A stretch of DNA of 60,055 nucleotides, counting the filler, from Catajapyx aquilonaris (Eukaryota), in assembly GCA_000934665.2 (NCBI GenBank). It is 2 parts of 2 records of this genome, joined end to end, with 100 filler letters (N's around TTAATTAATTAA, not from the genome) between each part and the next. Parts side by side here need not be neighbours in the genome. Positions count along the whole stretch, not along the records: positions 30,083 to 60,055 come from KZ539199.1; 1 more part is not named here. The stretch is one strand, 5' to 3'. The notes beneath the pieces are model-generated. The model was not told where the DNA came from. It did no database searches and saw only the letters and a list, made by a program, of their open reading frames with translations. The position numbers were made by a program, and so were the translations under genes. Numbering within the stretch: the stretch's first letter is position 1; every line of letters starts with the position of its first letter. Positions 39,047-60,055 of the stretch are shown piece by piece.

Positions 39047-40257
39047 GGGTAAACCATACAGTTACGGGCCACCATACAGTTATGGGGCTATGGGCCACTA
39101 ACAGTAATCTTATATTTTATATTAAGGCGTGTAGTGTACGGTAAGTAGTGATCATTTTCGCCTGTGGGTGGCTGCACTGCATTGTTGGACGAACGTTGGT
39201 TATATTTTTTCCCCTGTCGGACCGCCATCAAGGTCGCCAGAGCCTCACATCTCTGAGTCACTTCCAATATGGCCGCTTCCTTAAGTAGTTGGTAAGGAGC
39301 CAGCACTGCAGCTAGTGACAAGTTACAAGGGTCTTCGTCACTCCAGGTTGCCGATGTCGATTTGCATGGCTAGGGTAGACTCCATAGTTTCACTATGGAG
39401 TCTAATGATGAGTCAGTGTAGATAGCATGGGTGGAAGGGGGTGGCCCATAACTGCGTGGATCTAAACCATCACTTTACAGTAATGGGCATACCCTACTCA
39501 AAACTGTATTTAGAGGTCAATTTTAATAAAAATTGCTTTTCGAACTTCCTCCCCCTCTCCATTCATCTTTGGTCATCAGTAAGCAACCCCCCTGACCCTA
39601 GAAGAGGATGACGTAATGTGTGTTTTCAGTTACGGTATCTGTATATTAGCCTACACTTAGCATGCATCATTTTATCCAATAGTGCCCCTAGACCCTACCC
39701 AACATGATGGAATAAGGGGAGACAGGGAGGTAGACACCTCCAGAAGTGGGCAGGTAGGTGAATATGTGACAGTCATGAAGGAATTTCAGGTGAGAAAGTC
39801 ATGTGTTCTTAACGAAATTCTTTGCTTGGCAGGCAGGTTCGGTAATTCCGGAGTAAATGCACCTTTCACGCAAATGACGACAGAGGCTAGGGCGATGATC
39901 ATTAAAACTTGAATAACTGCTGGGGGAGTAGGAAACAATGCTGGGCAACACCCTGCACCACGAAAGTGCGGCAAACAACAATAGAGTCCCTACAATTAGG
40001 TGGCCCATAACTGTCCCAAAGACGGCCCATAACTGTGAAGAGTGGCCCATAACTATACATTTGTGACTTTTTTGGAACTTTTCATTACCAAAAATGACAG
40101 TAAGGGAGAATTTCAAAATTGCAGTTGCTCATTAAAAGAGAACATTCTGAAGATTCAGAAAAAAATATAATCAAACTGCAGATGTAATTACTGTGGGTCA
40201 TGTGACGATGTGAACTTGGAAAATTTCTTGAGTGGCCCATAACTGTATGGTTTACCC
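39047..40257. mobile_element. 1.2-kb non-autonomous DNA transposon with TA TSD (Tc1/mariner-pogo-like)
   Basis: 26-bp TIR GGGTAAACCATACAGTTA(C/T)GGGCCAC at both ends, flanked by TA; GGCCCATAACT motif repeated internally (~39443, 40002, 40025, 40044). Confidence 0.8.
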
Positions 40258-40403
40258 TAGGTGGAATCCTCCTGGAGCCGAATGCACTACCACTACTGAC
40301 AGGTGTGTCAACCTCTCCAGGCCTTCCAGGAACCACGTTTTGGAGATGAGACGCACCCACAACCCGACAACTGTGCACAATCATTCAATCAACAACGTAA
40401 ACA

Positions 40404-40874
40404 ACTGTCAACAGTGTCCTCGAAATTCCGGTGGTCTGGTGGTTAGCGCGATCGCCTCTAGTCTCGAAATCGTGGGTTCGAACCCGGCCGAGGTCGGTGA
40501 CTTTTCTCCGGGTGGTAGAAAAGTGAGAGTGCGCCTTCCTTCGGAGGGGAAGTAAAGGGTTAAGCCGTCGGTCCCGTGTGCTTGTGACATTGCGCGAGTG
40601 CACGGTAAAGATCCCTAGAGTGGCCAAATTTCCAGGAGGAGGACCACCCCCGGGCGTCGGTGTTGAGCCTTGCGGCAGAAATGGGCCGACGTTAAGCCAC
40701 CACTAAAGTCTCCTCGAAATGGCATCGGCGAAGGTTTTTTTTTTCACGGATATGGGTTTGGGTGTTTCCACACCCGCTGCACTCACCTGGATTGGCTCCT
40801 AGTGACTTTCACCTGTTCAGATCCATGAAAAAAACTCCTTCACTAATGCAATTTCGAGGACATTGTTGAGTGCA
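40404..40874. mobile_element. Foldback MITE interrupted by a SINE
   Basis: Arms CAACAGTGTCCTCGAAAT..GCAT..GAAGG..TTTTTTCACGGAT and ATCCATGAAAAAAA..CCTTC..ATGCAATTTCGAGGACATTGTTG. Confidence 0.65.
40427..40710 (+). mobile_element. Full-length tRNA-derived SINE with Deu/Nin-like central domain
   Basis: A box TGGTCTGGTGG, B box GGTTCGAACCC; CCTTCGGAGGGGAAGTAAAG..GCCGTCGGTCCC..AAAGATCCC..TGGCCAAATTTCC body; 10-bp TSD TCCTCGAAAT (40417-40426 and 40711-40720). Confidence 0.8.
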
Positions 40875-41007
40875 GCCCCCGGACACTACCTCTACGTTCT
40901 TATCTTATCGCCTGCCGGGGCGTTTTGCAGGCGGTGCTCACCTGAGAGCGCAATGAGACCTTTCACTGCACTGTTATGTGGCGACCCTACCGGACGGCGG
41001 ACTACGC

Positions 41008-41100
41008 TAAACTTTATAGGTAAAAAAGGGAAGCGCTACATTGGGGGACCCAACATGGTAGCCGGAGGCCATGTTGGGCCTTTTGTACCTATAAAGTTGT
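41008..41100. repeat. Short imperfect foldback
   Basis: ACTTTATAGGTA.AAAAGG..CCCAACATGG / CCATGTTGGG..CCTTTT.TACCTATAAAGT. Confidence 0.55.
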
Positions 41101-41154
41101 GCATGTAGCCTACTACAGACGTTTTAAGAGAGCGCCGCAGCAGTTGCCACAACA

Positions 41155-42484
41155 ATGGACAAACACGAGTTCCGCGGAGTGATCAAACATATTTTATTTG
41201 AAGTGGACGGCTGCCAAGATCAAATCCGAGTTAGATGAAGTTCACGGACACTCTGCACCATCGTTGAAGACAGCTTATTTCTGGATTAACGAGTTCAAAT
41301 GTGGCCACTCAAGATGAGGGGCGCTCCGGTCGCCCAGTAGTTGAGGCAGAGCTGGGCAAGCTAACCGAAATTTTTAGCTCAGTTAACTTCCGCTAACAGC
41401 TAATTCGGTTAGTAAACCATGGGCGGCCCTAAATGGCTAATGATAAACAGCTAGAATTATTAGGGGGGTTTCCACTAACCTTTCTAGCTGTTAAGCATTA
41501 ACGATTTGGTGATGTCCATGGTTTTTCTGATCAAGTTAGCTGTTATCGAAAGTTAGCTGTGCCCACCTCTGGTTGAGGTCACCACGACTGATATCGTTGA
41601 AAAAATCCATGGTATCGTTATGGAAGACCGCCGAGTGACAGTGAGCGAGATTGCTTACACTGTAAACATCTCAACTGAACGAGTGCACAATATCCTGCAC
41701 GAAGAATTGCACATGAAAAATCTGTGTGCGCGATGCGTGCCGCGACTGTTGACAGGCGACCAAAAACACATGCGCAAGGACATTTCAAAGGAGTGTTTGG
41801 CGATGTTTAATCGCAATACGCAGGATTTCTTGCGTCGATTCGTGACCGTGGATGAAACGTGGATTCACCACTGCACACCTGAGTCGAAGCAGCAGTCCAA
41901 GCGTTGGTCAGAGCACATCGAAGAAGGCAAAGACCGTTTTTTCAGCTGGGAAGGTTATGGCCACCGTCTTTTGGGATTCCCACGGAATTATCCTTATATA
42001 CTACTTGAAGAAAGGAAGAACAATAGCAGGAGCATATTACGCAACATTATTGGACCAGTTGAAAGAAGAGCTGAAACGAAAACGGCTAAGATTGGCGCAC
42101 AAAAAAGTGCTCTTCCACCAAGACAATGCACCGTCCCGCAAGTCGACCGTCGCAATGGCAAAATTGCATTAATTACACATCGAAATGATCCCTCGTGCAC
42201 CATATTCCCCAGACTTAGCCCAGAGCGACTTCTTCTTGTTCACGAACCTGGAATTTTGGCTCGGTGGGATGATATTTTCTTCGAATGAGGACGTCATCGC
42301 CACCGTCAACGAGTATTTTGGAGCCTTCGAGAAAAGCTACTTTTCCGACGGGATGAAAAACTTCGAAACTCGCAGGACCAAGTGTGTAGCCATCAATAGA
42401 GACTACGTTGAGAAATAACATCGTTTTTAGCCGAAAAAATGTATTTAACTTACTTTTTATCAAACTTATCAAACCAGCCTCGTA
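41155..42484 (+). mobile_element. Inactive mariner transposon, irritans (Himar1-like) subfamily; frameshifted transposase pseudogene 41155-42418
   Basis: MDKHEFRGVIKH, RSGRP, CVPRLLT (WVPRLL motif), FVTVDETWIHH, KVMATVFWD, FHQDNAP, PYSPDLAQSDFFLF, DYVEK*; frameshifts, an in-frame stop and an insertion; right TIR ...ACTTATCAAACCAGCCTCG-TA; left TIR not found. Confidence 0.92.
41347..41571. mobile_element. MITE inserted in the mariner ORF, 7-bp TSD
   Basis: TIR CAGAG(C/G)TGGGCA; GTTGAGG duplicated at 41340-41346 and 41572-41578; GCTAAC/GTTAGC subterminal repeats. Confidence 0.85.
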
Positions 42485-42505
42485 CTTTACCCGGCATTTA
42501 TTTAA

Positions 42506-43890
42506 CCATTTGCTGCCTACGGCCATCATATGATTTCCGAGCTTGCATTGCTGGAGGGCCTACGGACATCATATGATGTCCGAAGATTTGCCCTGCCAAC
42601 TTGGGTCATTTTTCAACGCAAATAATTTCAACCTCACCGATTTTCTTGAAATTCGGTGCATTGGTAGCCCACCCCAAGGGATGAAAAACGCATCTATAGT
42701 TACCTGATAAAAATGACCTCGTGACCCAATTTTGAGGGGGCAGAGGTCAAATCACAAAATTTCGACCTCACCGATTTTCTTGAAATTCGGTGCATTGGTA
42801 GCCCACACCAATGGATGAAAAACGCACCTATAGTTACCTGATAAAAATGACCTCGTGACCCAATTTTGAGGGGGGCAGGGGTCAAATTTCGACCTCACCG
42901 GATTTTTTTCAAATTCGGTGCATTGGTAGCCCACACCAAGGGATGAAAAACGCACCTATAGGTACCTGATCAAAATGACCTCGTGACCCAATTTTGAGGG
43001 GGGCAGAGGTCAAATCATAAAATTTCGACCTCACCGACAGGTAGGGCTGTGCGATATCCGAAATTGCATATCGACTTTCGATACTAAAAAAATATCGCAT
43101 CGAAGTCGATATATCGAAAATCGAAAAACCGACATCGCAATATATCGCAAACCGACATCGAACCGACATCGCAAAATATCGCACATCGCAAAATATCGCA
43201 AACCGACATCGCGATATTTTGCGATGTCGGTTTGCGATATTTTGCGATATTTTCGATGTCGGTTCGATGTCGGTTTGCGATATTTTTCGATATTTTCGAT
43301 GTCGGTTTTTCGATTTTCGATATATCGACTTCGATTCGATATTTTTTAAGTATCGAAAGTTGATATGAAATTTCGGATATCGCACAGCCCTACTCACCGA
43401 TTTTCTTGAAATTCGGTGCATTGACATATGTCCCCCTCCAATATGTGTCACAGGGTCATGTCGAGCAGGGAACTGTAGGTGGGTTTGTCATCCCTTGGTG
43501 TGGGCTACCATTCCACCGAATTTCAATAAAATCGGTGAGGTCGGAATTTTAGGATTTGACCTCTGCCCCCCTCAAAATTGGGTCACGAGGTCATTTTTAT
43601 CAGGTAACTATAGGTGCGTTTTTCATCCCTTGGTGTGGGCTACCATTCCACCGAATTTCAATAAAATCGGTGAGGTCGGAATTTTATGATTTGACCTCTG
43701 CCCCCCTCAAAATTGGGTCACGAGGTCATTTTTATCAGGTAACTATAGGTGCGTTTTTCATCCCTTGGTGTGGGCTACCAATGCACCGAATTTGAAAAAA
43801 ATCGGCGAGGTCATAAAATTTCCGGAAAATTGAAAAAAAAACTCAGGCCCTGGGGTAATGTAATCACTCAAAAACTCCGTCATCAAAGGG
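42506..43890. mobile_element. piggyBac-type non-autonomous element carrying inverted arrays of a ~135-bp unit
   Basis: TTAA TSD (42502-42505, 43891-43894); TIR CC(A/C)TTTG(C/A)TG(C/A)C; ~3 forward units (42632-43037) and ~2.4 reverse units (43488-43812). Confidence 0.75.
43042..43392. mobile_element. hAT-type palindromic MITE
   Basis: TIR TAGGGCTGTGCGATATCCGAAAT; near-perfect 351-bp palindrome with ATCG-rich repeats; 8-bp CTCACCGA duplicated (left copy offset by 4 nt). Confidence 0.85.
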
Positions 43891-43894
43891 TTAA

Positions 43895-44743
43895 TAACTT
43901 TAACACGAATGAAGCTATCAAAATGAAATTTGAACTGACCTAACCTCATTATGCGAGAAAAAAAATGGCATCACAATATGTGCCGGAAATGGCCACCCAA
44001 TGTGTCCAGGCAGGCCTGAACACATCTCTTCATATTTTGGAAGGACCTGCCTGAATTTCTTGGATGATGTTTTCTTTCAAGGCGTCGATGGATCTTGGTA
44101 TATGTTTTAGTATAAGCATTCCACACATCATATGTCAGCATGGCCAAAATTAAGCCCTTTTCTAGTGACTGAATCATTTGAAAGGGACTTTGGCCACGGG
44201 AGTGGCCCGATCTTACTCAGCCTAATTATTTCTTATGGGGCTATCTGGAAGCGCGAATGTACCGAAACACTGTCCTATCTACCCACAAAATTTGAAGACG
44301 GTCGTTTGGAATCTCACGAGTTGACCTCTATACACACCAAAAGAGGGGTCATAGGGTCATTTGGGGCAGGTCACTCTAGTTGCGTCTTTCATCCCTTGGT
44401 GTGGCCTATCTATCCACAAAAATTGAAGACGATCGGTTGGAATCTCACGAGTTGACCTCTGTTTCGGAAACAGACCACGATTCATCAAAGCCTTGAAAGA
44501 AAACATCGTCCAAGAAATTCAGGCAGTGCCCTGATGTCATGCTGGCCAAGAGCTTCCAAAATCGGTAGCGTCATGTTCAGGCCTTCCGGGACACAAATGG
44601 TGGCCTTTTCCAGCACATGTTGTGATGTCATTTCCTTTCTCATATAATAAGGCTCGTTCAGTTCAAATTTTGTTGCGATATATTCATTTAGAAGTTAAAG
44701 TTGTTAAAGAAATGCAGGTAAAGTACGTAGTGGGACACCCTGT
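43895..44743. mobile_element. Foldback derivative of a rosa/maT-like (DD41D/DD37D) Tc1/mariner element with two inverted transposase 3' ends
   Basis: Plus strand: WPREWPDLTQPNYFLWGYLEARMY...LKENIVQEIQAVP...GGLFQHML*. Minus strand: CLDTLGGHFRHIL*. Terminus GGGACACCCTG-TA; the left arm continues at 42483-42505. Confidence 0.7.
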
Positions 44744-44974
44744 ATTACATTGTTGATTGCCAGGATACCAATATATTATTGTCAATCAACCATGCACGAC
44801 GTAATTAATCTGTAATCCAATCCATTGTGTGGGAAGATTGAGGGTGACCTCATCACTTACAGAGACACACAGCCTCCCGGTAAGTATTTTAGCTGCTATT
44901 CCTTAAGGTGGGTCACAGTTTCCTTATGGCTTTCGGATTTAGGTATAGATCATGAGCATAGGTAGGAACAAAAG

Positions 44975-45048
44975 ACTTGTGTAGAATAACGTTGTAACGT
45001 AATGTAAAAAAAAGTTATGTTAGGCCTACAACGTTATTCTACACAAGT
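44975..45048. repeat. Short inverted repeat
   Basis: ACTTGTGTAGAATAACGTTGTA / TACAACGTTATTCTACACAAGT. Confidence 0.65.
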
Positions 45049-45467
45049 TTTCGATATTTATTACCTACAATTTTAGCTAATTATGAAAATGCCAATTAAT
45101 GAAACTAAATAGAACTAGGCCAAATTAATATATGGGAGACTTTTAAAATCAGGTAGAATTTATCGCCAATTATATTTATCTTCTCAAACATAAATTATTA
45201 TTATCACCAAATTGCCAGATTATCATCAGTGCAGAGATATTTCAAAGGTTACACATGCCTTATTACCACACATGTTTGATATTATTTATTCTAGTTATTT
45301 GCAAGATGGTTAGTGTACTGTAGGCCTACTGCAAGATATGCTGGACTGCTGGTAGCAGTAAGGATGGTTGTAGACAATGTAGAGGAAAACGTTTCCATCT
45401 ACCAGATCTCTCAGACTGCCTCACTCACATCAAACAATAACATATATGCTAATTTTGGGGCTCTGTG

Positions 45468-45620
45468 CATCAAGGGGGTAATCACTTCGGTACTCCGATG
45501 TACATCTGCGAGTGGTACTCCCTGGTACTCCTCAGGTACCTCACTCTTTATTACTCCTTGAATTTGGTACTCCAGTGTACACTGTACACTTTTCAGTCGA
45601 GTGATTACCCCCTTGCTGTG
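45468..45620. mobile_element. Small MITE
   Basis: IR CAAGGGGGTAATCACT / AGTGATTACCCCCTTG; internal GGTACTCC repeats. Confidence 0.65.
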
Positions 45621-45719
45621 CATGCTACAAGAAATGAATTTTTTAATTTAATTTTTATAATGCAGGCTAATATTAATATTATTTTGTCAGTTTTTTCTCT
45701 GACTTATGTGGATAGAGTT

Positions 45720-45871
45720 TCGATGGGTTCTCTCCGTGTTCGCGTGGGTTTTCTCGGGGTTCTCCCGTTTCCTCCCACTATCAAAATCCATCACAATTCA
45801 GGCAAATGATTAAAGTCGGGTTTTCAAAAGATGATCCCCTAAGAGGCCCAAGGGGCCTATCACGGGGTATC

Positions 45872-45952
<81 letters not shown>
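45720..45952 (+). mobile_element. 5'-truncated SINE with V-like domain and (TTA)n tail
   Basis: GTTCGCGTGGGTTTTCTCGGGGTTCTCCCGTTTCCTCCCAC; TATCACGGGGTA end shared with the SINE at 46958; (TTA)n at 45873-45952. Confidence 0.55.
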
Positions 45953-45953
<1 letters not shown>

Positions 45954-46373
45954 AAATTACAATGACGAAATAGTGGGCAGAGTCTATAGACCGGGTCCAG
46001 TTTACTAAATGATGTGTACCGACACCTCTCACTTTGACACATTCGTCCTCATCACTGTTGTCACATAACCCAAATCAGCCATTAAGCTGATTAAGGGCCA
46101 ATTGACAATGGATAGGGAAAGGTGGAGTAGATAAACTTTAAACGTGTGTAACAGCGTTGCCGATACAATAAAGTAGCTGTCAAATGATCATCATAACTCC
46201 TCCCCAGCTTCAGAAAAGTGAGGAAATACAGTAATACTCAAAGATTTATGCTATATAGGCCTACATGCACATACATCTTATTGCACGCATATTATAGATT
46301 CGACCAGAGAAAAGTAGTGCCCTCTAAATGGAAACAATTATTGTCAGCAATTAAAGTAACAAAGGCGGCTCTG

Positions 46374-46381
46374 TGACGTCA
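46374..46381. promoter_or_regulatory. CRE palindrome in the putative promoter of THEG-like paralogue 2
   Basis: Perfect TGACGTCA ~205 bp upstream of the ATG, next to an ATTGG (reverse CCAAT) at 46391. Confidence 0.35.
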
Positions 46382-46586
46382 ATACTATTCATTGGTTGAT
46401 TCAATAATACCTTCCTGGCCATTGTTGGCTTGACTGGCATGTCATTTGTCAGTGAGGTCGCCCTCGTTGCCAAGCGTCAATTTATCAACATATCGAAGTG
46501 AGCACTCATTCAGATTAGACGTACAATTGGCAGCTCCGTCTAATAAACTCTAATTATCACTACGCAGCTAACAACTGGGAGGAAAA

Positions 46587-59036
<12,450 letters not shown>

Positions 59037-60055
59037 TTGAATAAACCCGGAAAGTGTACAGCGCTGTCCCGCAAGGCACCAGGGACTATAGTACAACGTC
59101 GACTTCAAAAAATGAAGAAGATAATTTTATCTCCTTCAAAACAAATCCAATAATTTAGATCAAAAATATGCAGTAAGCTGCAAAGTAGGCCCAAATAATA
59201 ATAATAAAATTATACAAGTAGTACATGTATATAATTTATTGCTACATACAACCAGAGTATAATTATCTCGGCGATTTTAGTTCCTTAATACTGATGAAAA
59301 ATTCCAACATTTCTGAGTTTCATTGTAATCAGTGACGTGAAATTAAGCATAAAGTTGGACATGAGGTTATTACACAGAATGTTGTAATTGAAACACCACT
59401 CTTGGTTAGCAGTTGTTTTTTTACACAAAGTTGTTTACTTCTAAGCAGTTACTGTGAGGGGGTTATCAAACGTATTAGTTGCTAATATTATGCCAAATTG
59501 AATCATGCATTCAAGCTCTGAATTGAAATGAATTTCTTATTAGGAATGGCCAATATATATTGGAACAATTGACATCTCACGTAAATGATGTATCCACTTT
59601 CAAATCAAATCAATTTCACCCTTCAGAGGACAGACTTGTCTGGGGGGACTTCAAAGTACATAATCATATCACATAGAGTTAAGGAATCACATCAGACCTC
59701 TTTGAAATAATCAACCAATCTGAAGACATGGTGTATATTGAACCAATTTTTTTTCCACGCAGATCCCCGGCCGCATCTCGATGTAGGAAAAATGGTGTCG
59801 GCTTTCCGGCCAAAATAGCTGCTTATTCGTGACGCCTCCCTCCTGGCCAGAACAAACAATCTCGTCATGGCAAATTGTAGCCAATGATTCATTGGTCCTT
59901 AAGGCTCCTCCCAAATTTCTATAAATAATCCTGCGATTAACATATTCTCCAAATCTAATATATATAAAGCCCCACGCCGAGGAGGATATAGGATGAAAAA
60001 GATTTCGCACTTCCCGGGGTCGCAGAGATCTCGGACTTACGCCGTTGGATTTCTA

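Noticed and set aside
42909..43451. 180-aa minus-strand ORF
   Set aside because: Chance translation of a palindromic hAT MITE and tandem repeats.
42632..43812. CRISPR-like regular repeats
   Set aside because: Units are contiguous ~135-bp copies with no unique spacers; eukaryotic context, no cas genes.

Overview
Eukaryotic, arthropod-like genomic DNA. It is made of two ~30-kb contigs joined by an artificial 100-bp spacer (N44-TTAATTAATTAA-N44, 29983-30082), so the halves may not be neighbours in the genome. The left half (1-29982) is mostly non-coding and repeat-poor. It holds one plausible start-codon exon of an unidentified plus-strand gene (8715-8911), a ~3-kb tract of decayed protein-like sequence (~18440-21360) and a few MITE/foldback remnants. 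The right half is transposon-dense and carries three cilium/sperm-flagellum genes: a two-coding-exon LRRC51 (minus strand) and two tandem plus-strand paralogues encoding THEG-repeat proteins. One paralogue is compact (3 exons, 121 aa). The other has 7 exons and 527 aa, and its last exon adds a strongly basic tail of 15-aa SPxR repeats. Between the paralogues is a five-layer nest of DNA transposons: a rosa/maT-like foldback host, an irritans-type mariner, a piggyBac-type element, a hAT MITE and a MITE with a 7-bp TSD. Several tRNA-derived SINE families, other MITEs and microsatellites fill the introns. All gene models were built by eye from splice signals and reading-frame continuity; no database search was run.
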